Source of the DNA: Octopus vulgaris
Taxonomy: Eukaryota
DNA: 64,000 nucleotides
Assembly (NCBI GenBank): GCA_951406725.2
Contig: OX597843.1
Location: 8,308,001 to 8,372,000, forward strand
Reading direction: 5' to 3'
Position 1 is the first letter of the stretch. Every line of letters begins with the position of its first letter. This document shows positions 43,188-60,924 of this stretch, piece after piece. The position numbers and the translations under genes are program-made. Under the pieces are notes generated by a model. The model was not told the origin of the DNA and ran no database searches. It saw only the letters and a program-made list of their open reading frames with translations.

Positions 43188-43235
43188 AACAATAATAATA
43201 ATAATAATAATAATAACAATAACAACAACGACAAC

Positions 43236-43297
<62 letters not shown>

Positions 43298-43606
43298 GAG
43301 CTTGGTGAGTATCAATAAATTCTAGTTGGTGTGATGAGTGGAAGGTGAAACTTTTATTACCGTTCGAGGATGAAACGGCATGTGTGCGTTAATTGATGTA
43401 TATTACAATTTCTCTATAGTTTGATGAAGTATCCTAATCCGAAACGGCGGAATGCGTATTTTTAAAAAGAAAATTTCTCCACTTCTCCTTCAGTTTCACA
43501 CACCAAACAGAAACCATTGAAACTCAAAAAACTCACAATTTTTATGCACTCGCTTTAGTTAATATATACCTCAAAATATAAATAGTTATGATATATTTAT
43601 ACTCAC

Positions 43607-43705
43607 CCTGCGGTCGCCATTGTGTGTGTGCGGCCTCGAGAGCCGGTTTTGTTAGGCCACTGAATGTGTTGTTAAATGTACTGTTGTAAGAATTATGTGT
43701 GTAAG
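43607..43705 (-). CDS. ERG: Internal 99-nt exon of the ERG/FLI gene, (P)YTHNSYNSTFNNTFSGLTKPALEAAHTQWRPQ
   Basis: Acceptor ctttttctcgtccacAG and donor CAGG|GTGAGT; phase 1-1 and open; ends in RPQ like the ERG/FLI1 exon ending QRPQ. Confidence 0.85.
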
Positions 43706-43909
43706 CTGTGGACGAGAAAAAGCGAGAATTAATGAAAGAAGGAGAAATGGTGAGAGTTCGACTGAGAGAGCAAAGGAGTGTGAGCGACGAAGTGAGGACT
43801 TGAATTGTTGGGCAAATAAATCACAGAGAATAAGGGAAAGACAGAATTATGGATAAACAAATGGATAGACATAGATATATATATAAATGGATAGATATAG
43901 ATAGATAAG

Positions 43910-44045
43910 TTTCTTTATTGGCCACACAGGGCTGCACACAGATGGGACAAGTTACAAGGTAGAGCTTTTCTTTTGGGGGATGAAAAAAAAGGGGGTGGCG
44001 TAGGTTTTCGATCAAGAGGGATCGTAAAAGGGAAGAAAAGACCAA
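43910..44045 (-). mobile_element. 3' terminus of the same LINE family as 27685-28180
   Basis: ctttatt.gccacacagggctgcacacaga.gggaca...gtagagcttt aligns to 27687-27812; adjoining GATA-type repeats. Confidence 0.8.
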
Positions 44046-44075
44046 AAAAAATTTTTTTTAAATAGATATAGATAG

Positions 44076-44149
<74 letters not shown>

Positions 44150-44150
44150 G

Positions 44151-44261
<111 letters not shown>

Positions 44262-44398
44262 GGATAGATAGATAGATAGATAGACAGAGAGACATACGGA
44301 TAGAAACAATTTTCAGTAGACATACAGACATATTAAAAGATACAAAGATAGATACATCAAAATCCACGCAAACACCTAAACACACACATATATACATA

Positions 44399-44459
<61 letters not shown>

Positions 44460-44483
44460 GTATATATACATGTATGTATATGC

Positions 44484-44519
<36 letters not shown>

Positions 44520-44633
44520 ATGCGTACGCAATAATGCATGAAGATGACACGTGACATATAAGAGCTGAAGAAGAGAGAAAATGTTTCAGAAGTAAGGCAC
44601 ATGGAAAAATAGTGAAAAAGAGACCGTAAGAGT

Positions 44634-44676
<43 letters not shown>

Positions 44677-44723
44677 GGAGAGTAAGTAGGAGAGAGTACG
44701 GGAAATACTCGTAAAATACTCAC

Positions 44724-44777
44724 GTTGACCCTGTGGGCTTGGCTGCCGTGTCCAAGGAGTATTGGCGTATGACGGAT
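44724..44777 (-). CDS. ERG: Internal 54-nt exon of the ERG/FLI gene, (D)PSYANTPWTRQPSPQGQ
   Basis: Acceptor ttttctttcttccttcAG and donor |GTGAGT; phase 1-1; DPSY...W resembles the FLI1 DPSYD...AW exon; joins the 99-nt exon in frame. Confidence 0.85.
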
Positions 44778-45123
44778 CTGAAGGAAGAAAGAAAATATAA
44801 CAAATATTATATATATGTATAAACGAAGAGAGATATTCATTGATACAACACACACACAAATATATATATATATATACATAATAATAAATATTAGGGAATA
44901 AATCCAAATTTACAGGGAAAAAATCAGATTTAGGATTAAATCCAATTTTAAGACTCCGAAGTTTCGGCCATGGAAGCTATCATCGAAATAGCCGGTGCTT
45001 CGAACTTACTATCAACAATATTTTTTTGTATGAGAATGAAAAATTTGTATTATACAAAACAGAGTAAGTAACCAATTAGATTAAATATAAAATAGTTTGC
45101 ATTCTCAGAGAACATAAAAGCAA

Positions 45124-45172
<49 letters not shown>

Positions 45173-45281
45173 GTATATCCACATGCATCTATAGGTAAAT
45201 ATGTATGAATATACACGCATAGATGAACAGATAAACTTAAAGTGTGCATATATACACCTATATAAATACACACATAAATAA

Positions 45282-45347
<66 letters not shown>

Positions 45348-45619
45348 TTTTGTATGTGTATGTATGTATATATATATATATATACATATGTATGTATACG
45401 GAAGTTGTAGTTTAAACAAAATACGAGGAAAAAATATACATTCATCGATTGGTGTTTGGTTAAGTAATTTCAATATTGTGTTTTGTTACTGAAGATTTCA
45501 CTCAATAAATATCGACACAGTTTTCCAGACGCAGACATTTGTATATACACGTACGTATATAAAATGACTAGACACACACACACACACACACACACAGATA
45601 CACACACACACACACACAT

Positions 45620-45791
<172 letters not shown>

Positions 45792-46052
45792 AAAGACAGA
45801 GAAAGAGACAGAGAAAGAGACAGAAACATATAGTCAACAGATAAGATCCAGAGTATAGAAAACACGTCGCAGAGCTCAAATTATGAGGAATTAGACCCCC
45901 GATGTATTTACGAGGGATCAATTTCTATGAGGTGAAGAGTGGCTATAAGAGGAGACAAGGTGACCAGATACTGAGGCAAGGATGCGGATAAACAAATTAA
46001 ATATACAAAATATAACAGGTTGAATTTTATATACAAAATATGTACATATGTA

Positions 46053-46216
46053 GGCGCAGGAGTGGCTGTGTGGTAAGTAGCTTGCTTACCAACCACATGG
46101 TTCCGGGTTCAGTCCCACTGCGTGGCACCTTGGGCAAGTGTCTTCTGTTATAGCCTCGGGACCGACCAAACCCTTGTGAGTGGATTTGGTTGACAGAAAC
46201 TGAAAGAAGCCCATCG

Positions 46217-46253
<37 letters not shown>

Positions 46254-46450
46254 TTATATGTATGTGTGTGTGTTTATGTGTTTGTGTTTCTCCCCGTAAC
46301 TTAGCTGTACGGTAAAAGAGACCGATAGAATAAGCACTAGGCTTACAAAGAATAAGTCCTGGGGTCGATGTGCTCGACGAAAGGCGGTGCTCCAGCATGG
46401 CCACAGTCAAATGACTGAAACAAGTAAAAGAGTAAAAGAGTAAAAGAGTA
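46053..46450 (+). mobile_element. SINE family 1 (antisense to the ERG gene)
   Basis: ggcgcaggagtggctgtgtggtaag...cagtcaaatgactgaaacaa(gtaaaaga)3. Confidence 0.92.
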
Positions 46451-46522
46451 TACATTTAAAGAGTTGGCAAAAACTTAAGGCTTTCAGATAAACCCAGCTT
46501 CTGCATAATTATCTCTCTCTCT

Positions 46523-46669
<147 letters not shown>

Positions 46670-46670
46670 G

Positions 46671-46701
<31 letters not shown>

Positions 46702-46714
46702 TTTTTTTAAAAAT

Positions 46715-46837
46715 ATTTTATCTAGTTTCAGCTCACGAGCTGTGGCCATGCTGGGTCACCGCTATTTGGTGTTGCTACATGATTTTACTTCACGAATGCT
46801 TTTTAGCAATTGCCATTTGGTGCATGAGAGAGTTCGA

Positions 46838-46840
<3 letters not shown>
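46715..46840 (-). mobile_element. CR1-clade LINE 3' end
   Basis: Reverse complement aligns to 6347-6470. Confidence 0.85.
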
Positions 46841-46936
<96 letters not shown>

Positions 46937-47165
46937 ATAAACATAACATCGCAAGAAATTTGGAAAGCTATACGCGAAACCGGTCTTTCTTTTAAATTAT
47001 GTCATTATAAGAGAAAAAAATCTTATTTTTAAAATTTTCTAATATTCTTCAGACATATTGACGCAAATATATATATTTTTTACATTTAAGCCTTCTGTAG
47101 TTTTTTCACTCTTTACTATTTTCTATATATTCACCCACGTGCTTTCACAAACCAACTGTCTTATC

Positions 47166-47196
<31 letters not shown>

Positions 47197-48547
47197 AGGT
47201 ACCTCCACTATTAATTACTACACATAATTTTAACAGTAGACTGTTATATGGATTCCGTTTGCAAACCGCCCCTGAAAATGTGACAGACTAATATAAACAC
47301 GGTGGGATTCGAACTCAGAATAACTAGAAATAAATTCCTATAAAGTAGATACTTTTTCTGATACTGTGATGATTCTGCTACCATAGCCGATTCCTCTTTT
47401 TCATTCATATCATTCAAAACATGTTTCTATTTAGGAATTTTTCGATTTATGCGGCTACTAGCAATTGCGAAAAAGCGCGAAAAACGAGGAAGAATTCTGA
47501 ATTTTGCGTAGCAGTAGCAAACGTGAAAGGTTAAATTTTAAACGCTTTTCATTTTATTTATTTATTTATTTATTTATTTATTTTTTTTTTTTTTACATTT
47601 TTACAGAAAATTGAAATTTTCATCAAAGGAAGAGGCTGGAAATTTTGCTACTTCGAGAAAAAGCGGACCAAGAAATCAGATAAAAATAATTACGGTTTTG
47701 ATAAAACTGCAAACATCTCCTCCTACCAAATATTCTTAAGCGACCATTTCAAAGAAATCTCTTTTAGATAAAACGCGCACCGAAAATTGAAAAAAAATAC
47801 ATGAACGCACGCACGCACACACACATACGTTACATATATATTAAAGTACACAAATGCATATATATATATGTATATACATATATATATACATTTATTTATA
47901 TATATGTATACATATATATACATATATATGTTTTGGTTTTTGTATTAGTGTTGCAAGATTCTTAACGTAAAAAGCTATGGAACAGGTGTAGTTGTACCTC
48001 AATACACTGTATGTTACTTATTTAATTAAAATAATTAAAATAATTAAAATAATTAAACTAACCCTCCCAATCTATACCCTCATATACATCCGCAGAATAC
48101 CCCTACCATTTCTTTCCTTCCAAACTCCTCCCACAGAACTACTTTCCCACCTGGTACCTAACCCTATTTCCCTTTTTTTCCCAATCACATTGGCTCATTA
48201 TTTTTATTTTGCGTACCACAATATCTCATTATTTTATCTTTCTTTTCCTTGTTCTCTTCCAACGAAGGTCTAACGTCCGAAACGTCAAGACACTTCTCTT
48301 CCTTTTAAGTGCTAAGCTAATGCAATAACTGGAAAAACGTCTCCTTCCCGCATAGTCTTCTTTTTGTGGTCATTGGAGATACCAGGAACAATATATATAT
48401 ATATATATATTACTCATTATCTTTTATTAAACTTTTAATACTTTTGATATATATTTAAAATAATATAAATTAATTAATTTTATGTATTGGCTTAAGTTTT
48501 TCATTGTTTGATTTGCCTAATAGTGGTTTTATTTCTAATTTAATATA

Positions 48548-48630
<83 letters not shown>

Positions 48631-48838
48631 ACCCTCTTTATAATGTTATCAATTAATATGAAAATATGTATATGTATTAATGGAAAACCTATACAAATGG
48701 CTGGTGAATACTCAACATTTTAAAACTGTTGTAATACTTACAATGTTAAATAAAATGATGTAGCGTGAAACGATCGTATCAAATTACCGAAGATATTCTT
48801 GTTGTTTATTTTGTATATAAATATATATATATAAATAA

Positions 48839-49018
48839 TTATAAAGAAGGGCAAAAGAAAAATTCTTCTATGCCAATAAGACTTTAGATCGTTTAACCAC
48901 ATACAATATGTTTCACTATAAATACACAGCGAAAAATATTGTTTGTGATTAGACGATGTAAAGTCTATTTTTCAGTATATTGGCATACAAAATATTTTTC
49001 TTTTGCCCTTACTTATAA
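48839..49018. repeat. ~180-bp imperfect palindrome (fold-back)
   Basis: aagggcaaaagaaaaat...tatgccaata/agacttta.atcgt.taa.caca.acaatat pairs with the right arm; 11-nt bulge, ~10-nt loop. Confidence 0.88.
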
Positions 49019-49487
49019 ATGCTTATAATTTTCCACTTAAATGGCATTTTAAATATGCTGGCGACTGATAAAAATGTTTTGAAAAATGCTATCCTTATAT
49101 TAGAAGTATATATATATATATATATGTGTGTGTGTCTGTGTATGTGTGTGTGTGTGTGTGTTTGTGTATGAGGTGTAACTGAAATGTATCATAAAATATA
49201 CAGAGAAAAATTTTCTACCAAGATGCCGCATCCCCCAACGCTACAGAATTAAATATTCGTGAGAGTGACAATGGTCCAAATCCTTCATCCGCCAAAGACA
49301 ATACCACAAATGGGGACTGAGAAAATAAAAATGATTTAAATTCACAAACACAGGGGTGTCCCAATTTGGTCATAACCACCGGATCAAAGATCTAATACAA
49401 TATATATATATACATATATATATATATATGCATATGTATATATGTATATATATGTATATATGTATATGAATATATATATAAATATAT

Positions 49488-49556
<69 letters not shown>

Positions 49557-49929
49557 CATATATACTTAAATTTCTGTAAATTTTATATGCCCCATTGGTG
49601 GATAAAATTTCTTTATTTGGATATTAAATTCATCATTGGTTTCATGTTAGGATTAATTATCTTAACACCTTAACAATTTTACGAACCAGCCACATTCAGG
49701 TATGGTGTTCGTCTCCATTTTGGATAAAAGCACGAAATGTCTTGGGGACTTATATATACATATACTTACACACACATACACACACACATATATATATATA
49801 TACATACTTACATATATATGTATATACATATATACATATCTATATATATATATATATAAATATATACTTACAGAGAAATATATATTTACATATCTATACA
49901 CACACACGCACACACACACACACACACAT

Positions 49930-49977
<48 letters not shown>

Positions 49978-50617
49978 TTACAGAGAAATATATATTTACC
50001 TATATATATATATATACCTACATATAAACATGCGCATTTGCATAGAAATAGATGCACAGACTCATACACACACATACACACACACATATATATATGTATA
50101 TATATACATATATACATACATACATACATACATACAAACATACATTCATACATACATACATACATACATTCATACATACATACATAAATACATACATACA
50201 TACATACATACATACATACATACATTCATACATACATACATACATAATACATACATACATACATAAATACATAAATACATACATACATACATATATAAAC
50301 CACGCGTTGTCGTAAGCAACATACACACAGCACACAATCACACAAGCACAAATACACACAGACATAAACAAAACTCGTACAAAACACACACACAATGACC
50401 TAAAAATATTTGTCCGCCAACATTGACTAATAATGCCTTCATTTCAATAGTAGTAGCAATAGAGATGATGATGGTGGTGGCGGTGGTAATGGAAGTGATG
50501 GTGGTGACGATGGGAAGCGGTGGTGGCGCTGGTGGTGGTAGTCATGTTGTTTTCCATTGTTGCCTGGAATTTCTTTTTTTTCATAAATAACAATGCAAAT
50601 ACAGTAGTTATAATAAC

Positions 50618-50648
<31 letters not shown>

Positions 50649-50684
50649 TTGATGACGGTGATGATAAAAATAAAGATGATGACG

Positions 50685-50739
<55 letters not shown>

Positions 50740-50773
50740 TAATAATAATGATAATAATAATAATAATAATGAA

Positions 50774-50832
<59 letters not shown>

Positions 50833-50891
50833 TAATAATAATGATAATAATAATAATAATAATGAAAATAATAATAGTATTTATGATGATG

Positions 50892-50924
<33 letters not shown>

Positions 50925-50990
50925 GTAGTATAAATGATGATGATGATAATAATAATAATAATAATAATAATAATAGTATAAATGATGATG

Positions 50991-51026
<36 letters not shown>

Positions 51027-51203
51027 GTATAAATGATGATGATAATAATAATAATGATAATGATGATGATAATAATAATAATGATAATAATAATGATGAT
51101 AATAATAATAATGATGGTGGTAATGATAATAATACTGATAAAAACAATATCGATGATGGTGATAATGGCGATGATTTATTTCAATAAAAAAAAATTGATT
51201 TAA

Positions 51204-51261
<58 letters not shown>

Positions 51262-51385
51262 TAATAATAATAATTATTATTATTATTGCTATTATTATTA
51301 TTATTATTATTATATATTGTAATAAAAATAATAATACTAATTTCAAATTTAACATACATATCACACAAGTAACACAGCAGTGACC

Positions 51386-51427
<42 letters not shown>

Positions 51428-51456
51428 TTTGTATGTGACTCACTGCTATGTCATTT

Positions 51457-51500
<44 letters not shown>

Positions 51501-51619
51501 ATATATATGTATATGTATATATACACACAAGTATAAATATATATATATACATATACACATACATACACACAAATATATATGTATATATATAAATATATAT
51601 GTATATATATATGTGTTTG

Positions 51620-51651
<32 letters not shown>

Positions 51652-52206
51652 CATACACACAAATATATATATATATATATAATTATATACATCTCTGTAT
51701 GCATGATATATATATATATATATGGACACACACCCCCAGTGACTAATTGATGGGAATACAACATTTAATTTCTGCCCCTTTAAAATAGTGTCATTTTTGT
51801 TTTTCCTGCTCGTGATATTCTTGTTCATGTTGTTGTTATTGTTGCTGTTATTATTTTCCCTCTTGTTTCCTATTTCCAGTTTTCCATTCTTTCACAATTC
51901 AAACCAATGTTTTTGCTTCTATTATTTCACTTCTCCACACCTCACTACTCTTTCTGTCTCTCACTCTCTCTCACTGATCTTTTAACATGCTTTCTCTCTT
52001 TCCCTCATCCGCTTTCCATGTTTGTCTCTACGTCTCTCTCTCTATCTCTCTCGTATTGTCTCTCCCACTCTCTCTGTCTCTCTCTAACGTACGCCGTCCC
52101 TCTTAATTTCTGTATTAATATATCTAAACATCTTCATCCTATCAAACATAGCATGTTCTCCTATATATCTGCCAATCTCATTCTCTCCGCTCGTCCGCTC
52201 ACATGG

Positions 52207-52247
<41 letters not shown>

Positions 52248-52377
52248 CCTTCTATCTATAAATGCTCTAATATCTACACGGCCTTGGTTTTTTATCTTAT
52301 TACGCAAAAAATTCTGATATATATACATACATATACATATATGCATATATATATATATATATACATATATGTATTTG

Positions 52378-52431
<54 letters not shown>

Positions 52432-52610
52432 TATTTATGAGTGTGTGTATGCGTGTGTGTTTGTGTGTCTGTATATGTATATGTGTGGGTGTACACATAT
52501 ACATATATGTACATACAATTAAATGCCTGCATATACACTCACACAAACACAAATATGTATATATATGTATATACACACACACATATTTATACATGCGTAT
52601 ATATATATAC

Positions 52611-52679
<69 letters not shown>

Positions 52680-53304
52680 CACATATGTATATACATGTAT
52701 ACATGTATATGTATGTATATATATATAAATATATATACATATATATAATCGACTTCCTCTTCTAAATCACAACACATGGACTTAAATACCAAAACATGAT
52801 ACCATTTGCAAACATGGCACCGAATACCTCCTTCCACTGCATCTACCTCGTCATCTTAATCAATTTCTCCATCGATTCAATTCAAATGCTCACTGATACA
52901 GCCATACATACATACATACATACACGCATATATATATAATATATATCTATACATACAAACTGTATATGTCTGTGTGTTTCCGACCTCAAAACCTACTCCA
53001 CAGCGCCAATTTTCACAATAAAATACCATTATGTGCTGTCGTTGACAATGATATCGTAAACGCATGCAGATATATCGTGAATAAAACGATATAATAAATG
53101 TAGGTATAGACAGAATGGGGGAGAGAGAGAATATGGCAGCTGTTCCGTGTTGTGTCAGCGTTATGTAAGAAGGTGCAGCCATTATGAGAAATATTATCGA
53201 CACAGACAGGAATACGGATTGATATGAAGATACAATTGTATTACTCTGTGTTTGAATACATGTATATATTTACAGATATACGTGCATATATATTCACGTA
53301 TGCT

Positions 53305-53355
<51 letters not shown>

Positions 53356-53825
53356 GTATATTATGCATGTAGATATATATATTTATATATGTATATATAT
53401 ATATGTATACTTATGTATCTGTATATATTATGTAGGCATCTATATAAATTATGTACATACATATGTGTATATATATGCATTTATATATATTATGCACGTA
53501 TATATATATATATATATAAATATATATATATTCGTATATATACATATATATATACGATATATATGTGTGTGTGGGTAATTCAAGCTACATGCAGATACGT
53601 ATATCTATATTTATGTATGTATCAATGGATACGTTGGAATATGCCTCAAGTTTCAGTAATAATACATATATATATATGTATATATATATTTATGTGTGTA
53701 TATATATATATTTCAATACATATACGCTAATATATATTGACATTTTGTTTTGTAAAACACATATACTAATTTTGAAGTACCTCAAAGCCGAAATAGTTAT
53801 AAACTAACGTGCATACTAATTCAAG

Positions 53826-53866
<41 letters not shown>

Positions 53867-54358
53867 AACTCCGACAACAATATGTATGACAGTAACTTTA
53901 AACTTCCAACGTCGAAAACCTCATTGTATGAAGGCTATCAGGGGCCATCATCTATGAAATCTTTATGCTGCCGTCCCCTTGGCCCCTAGGTCACATTTCT
54001 AGCTCCCCACGCAGCTTCCACGCTACAAATAGAAACCAATTCCTGCAGCAAATTTGAAACCAAAATTTATTTCGCAAAACAAAACTTAATTAACCTATTA
54101 ATATTATTTTTTACATCTAACACCCCATTTTGACCACACCATTATCATCCCACTTTTCAACAACGTCCCTCTGTATCTTTCCACAGTCCCCAACTTACTG
54201 CACACTTTGTGAAACACTGATCTAAGTCACTAACATTACTTTACCTATGATGAACATCTCTTTAGATAAAAAAAAACATGCAATTACCCTTCAATTGAAT
54301 GTATGATTGTTTTAAGTTATAACTTGACATGAGAACAGATATTTGTATATATATATAT

Positions 54359-54443
<85 letters not shown>

Positions 54444-54671
54444 CGGATGGACTGATGCGTTCATATATATAAATATATATATGTATAAACGCAAATGCAT
54501 ATATATACATATGTATATATATGTACATACATACAAGCATATATATATATATATATATGTATGTATATATATATACATACATGCATATATATATACATAT
54601 ATACGTATATATGTATATACATATCTACATATATATTTATATGCGTATATATACATATTCATATATCTCTC

Positions 54672-54751
<80 letters not shown>

Positions 54752-54770
54752 AAAGATTAATACATATGTA

Positions 54771-54815
<45 letters not shown>

Positions 54816-55005
54816 TAGCCCCAAAATATGTGGATGAAAACGTTCCAGTGTGCTAATATCTTAAACACAAAGGCGCTCACAACTAAACTTACTCGCACAC
54901 ACAACTGTGGACGTCTAGTGTGATGCCGGTAGAGAGAGAGAGAGAGAGAGAAAGAAAGATAATCAATGCATATATGCATATTCATACATACATACATATA
55001 TACAT

Positions 55006-55069
<64 letters not shown>

Positions 55070-55292
55070 ATATATATATATATATATATATACTGATGGA
55101 CAGATAGATAGATAAATAAACATGTGTATTTATATATACACATATAAACATTCAGAAATACACATTTTGACACACATTTACATCCTCTCATGCCATCATT
55201 TATACGTCCAATTATTTTACCTGATCTGTTATTTATGCACGCATGCATACACGTTTGTGCAGCACTATTCACCGACGCATACACACGCACAT

Positions 55293-55325
<33 letters not shown>

Positions 55326-55400
55326 TATATAATACATATATATATATACATATATATATATACATCAAGATATAAATACATACATACATACATACATATA

Positions 55401-55441
<41 letters not shown>

Positions 55442-55485
55442 GCATATATATATATATAAATATGTACATATATATATAAATATAT

Positions 55486-55538
<53 letters not shown>

Positions 55539-55584
55539 TGGGTGTGTGTACCAACAGAAATACATTAGAAATAATCGTTTACAT

Positions 55585-55661
<77 letters not shown>

Positions 55662-56168
55662 GATGGAGAGTGAAAGAGAGAGATATACACACAGACGTCT
55701 TCATATTTCACGCAAACCGCCATGCTTCCATGCACGTGCGATGCGCGAACGCATGCATGCATGCATGAGCGACCTCGCAGCCACCCAACCTTACGTTGTT
55801 TCCTATTACCGTAATCACTATTATCATCCCGTTATTACTATTATCCATAATGTTATCGTTATTAATAATATCTATTAATAACATCACCATAATTCTGTTA
55901 ATAATAGTCATGCCTTCACTACGAATACAAACATTAATATAAATGCTAAGATATCTTCTTAGTTTTTTTATGGAGATTTTTTATTGTTGTTGTTGTTGTT
56001 GCGATTCTTTTTCTTCTCCTTCTTCTTCTTCTTCTTCTTCTTCTTCTTCTTCGTCTTCGTTTCTTCTTCTTCGTCTTCGTTTCTTCTTCTTCCCTTCTTT
56101 TTTTCTTCTTCTTCCTCTTCTTCTTCTTATCTTCTTCTTCTTATCTTCTTCTTCTTCTTCTCCTTCTT

Positions 56169-56277
<109 letters not shown>

Positions 56278-56290
56278 TCCTTCTTAATCC

Positions 56291-56321
<31 letters not shown>

Positions 56322-56361
56322 CTTCTTCTTCTTCTACTTCTTCTTATTCTTTTGATTATTA

Positions 56362-56404
<43 letters not shown>

Positions 56405-56456
56405 CATCATCATCATCATTATTATTATCATTATTATTATTATTATTATCATTATT

Positions 56457-56660
56457 AAAGCCGCAACCTGGCAGTATCGCTAGCACGCCGGACAAAAACG
56501 CTTAGCGGCATTTCGTCCGTCTCCGCGTTCTGGCTTGAAATTCTGCCGAGGTTAATTTTGCCGTTCATCCTTTCGGAGTCGATACATTTAAGTAATTGGG
56601 TCGATGTAATCGACTAGTCGCCGCTTCCCAAATTTCAGACCTTGTACCTCCAGTACAAAC
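56457..56660 (+). mobile_element. SINE family 2, degenerate
   Basis: ctggcagtatcgctagcacgccgg...gccgagg...ttcatcctttcggagtcgata. Confidence 0.75.
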
Positions 56661-56674
56661 GATTTCTATTATTA

Positions 56675-56781
<107 letters not shown>

Positions 56782-56825
56782 GCTATTATTATTATTATTA
56801 TCATTATTATTATTATTATTATTGC

Positions 56826-56921
<96 letters not shown>

Positions 56922-57042
56922 CGTTGTTGTTGTTTTTTTGTCCCTACCCTCAAAATTTCTGGTTTCCTATCTCAATCAAAAAAAAAATCTTTTTTCTCTC
57001 CCTCATCCATCTTCATATTATTATTATTATTATTATTATTAA

Positions 57043-57099
<57 letters not shown>

Positions 57100-57168
57100 C
57101 ATTATTATTATTATTATTATTATCATTATTGCTATTAATATTAGTACTATTATTATTATCATCATCAC

Positions 57169-57208
<40 letters not shown>

Positions 57209-57825
57209 TCCCCCGTTTTTCTTAACATTCATAATTAATAACTTATCACTATAAACGTGCCCATTCATTTACCTACCCTTGTGGCCAAAAAAAATTACAA
57301 AAATAAAAAATCCTCAAAGCGAACGAAACCCCCACTCCGCCCCCCCCCCCAAAAAAAAATCAAGCAAAAACAACAACTACAAGACCAACAACAACAAAAA
57401 AAAAACAACAACGACAGCAACAGAAAAAATCTATGTTTGTAGACGCCATGTTTGTTATCAATCTCATAGAACGAAATAGCTGAACGGATTTCCTTTTCAT
57501 TTTCTCTCTTTTTTTTATTTTAATGTCTGAATTTTGCAGCTACTCTTGTTGTTGTTCTTGTTGTTACCGCTGCTTCAGCTGTGTATATATAAATATATAC
57601 ATATATATATATACACATATATATATATGTAATTTTGTCTTTCGTCTTTCGCTGCACAAATGCGCACGGCATAGACTGTTGCGTTGTTACACATTCCGCC
57701 ACGCTTAACGAAGCGGGCGAAGCGAAGCACAGATGCTTAGCGCTCCAGACGCTGTGATTATCAGCAGAGGAAATTGGCCGTATGAAATTTCTCTCTATGT
57801 TATGGCGAGTCTCTTTGTGGATGCG

Positions 57826-57873
<48 letters not shown>

Positions 57874-57902
57874 ATCTATCTATCTATCTTTTATCTGTCT
57901 GC

Positions 57903-57957
<55 letters not shown>

Positions 57958-57978
57958 GCTAGCTAGCTAGCTAGCTAG

Positions 57979-58009
<31 letters not shown>

Positions 58010-58083
58010 CGTATCTATCAATCTATCTCCATATATATATATATCATCTATCTATCTATATATTTATCTATCTATCTATCTCC

Positions 58084-58119
<36 letters not shown>

Positions 58120-58228
58120 GTGTATGTATGTATGTATATACACACACACACACTCACTCATAGATATATGTTTTTAGATCTATGTATGTATATACTTACA
58201 TAGGTATATGTGTGTATATATATATATA

Positions 58229-59585
<1,357 letters not shown>

Positions 59586-59646
59586 TAAATATATATGTAT
59601 ATACATACATATATATATACATATATATATATACATATATATATAC

Positions 59647-59726
<80 letters not shown>

Positions 59727-59759
59727 ACATACATACATACATATATATATATATATACA

Positions 59760-59940
59760 GTTTGGCCTGTTGCAACAAGGTTTCCGTCGGTCAGATTCAG
59801 TCACACGTCATACATTTTCGGTTTGAGGCTATTAAATAAGACTCGGTTCGAGACTATTGCGGGAGATACTCTGCCATGGTGGAGTGAACCAGAAAACGCC
59901 TGGTTGCTTGTAAAAGCGAGTTCGTTTACCACACAGATAT
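59760..59940 (-). mobile_element. Highly degenerate SINE-1-like head
   Basis: gtttccgtc...gactattgcgggagatactctgcc...gagtgaaccagaaaacgcctggttg...ttaccacacag. Confidence 0.5.
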
Positions 59941-60407
59941 GTCTGCACCAAATTCCTCGAAGACAATTCGAAACCCGCACGTAATTACCAGAGCGCTGAC
60001 GATTAAATTACTGATTCACCTGAGTCTTTAATTAAAGGTATTAAGATTATTGATTATCTTAAGAGGATTAAGAATTGATTAATCTTTCGCACTACATTTC
60101 ATATAACATAGAGATCTATTCGGCGTTTTCTTGTTGAGTGATTGATCGATCAAGTGATTGCTTGTGAAAGGTAATCGATCGATAATCATTGAAGCGATTA
60201 CGATCTGATAACTAATTGTATTAGATCAGGAACGACAAGAAATTCTTAAGTGAGCAGCAAAATCGAACTTATTGATGAAAACTCGAACATATGGATATTA
60301 GCCAATCATGGAGAGAATCAAATTGAAAGGATACAGAGATGGTTCATCTCTCAACCATGGTGAGCAGCGATTTAAAAAGACATGTTTATTGGTCTTGGAT
60401 GTTAACA

Positions 60408-60924
60408 TTTCTTTACTACCCACAAGGGGCTAAACACAGAAGGGATGAAAGGCAAAGTCGACCTCGGCGGAATTTAAACTCAGAACGTAACGGCAGACGA
60501 AATGCCTATTTCTTTATTACCCACAAGGGGCTAAACACAGAGGGGGACAAACAAGGACAGACAAATGGATTAAGTCGATTATATCGACCTCAGTGCGTAA
60601 CTGGTACTTACTTAATCGACCCCGAAAGGATGAAAGGCAAAGTCGACCTTGGCGGAATTTGAACTCAGAACGTAACGGCAGACGAAATACCTATTTCTTT
60701 ACTACCCACAAGGGGCTAAACACAGAGAGGACAAACAAGGACAGACAAATGGATTAAGTCGATTATATCGACCCCAGTGCGTAACTGGTACTTAATTTAT
60801 CTACCCCGAAAGGATGAAAGGCAAAGTCGATCTCAGCGGAATTTGATCTCAGAACGTAGCGGCATACGAAATACCGCTAAGCATTTCGCCCGGCGTGCTA
60901 ACGATTCTGCCAGCTCGCCGCCTT
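60408..60924 (-). mobile_element. SINE family 2 multimer (one head plus about three tandem body units, period 185 bp)
   Basis: Unit boundaries tttcttta.tacccacaagggg at 60408, 60509 and 60694. Confidence 0.9.
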
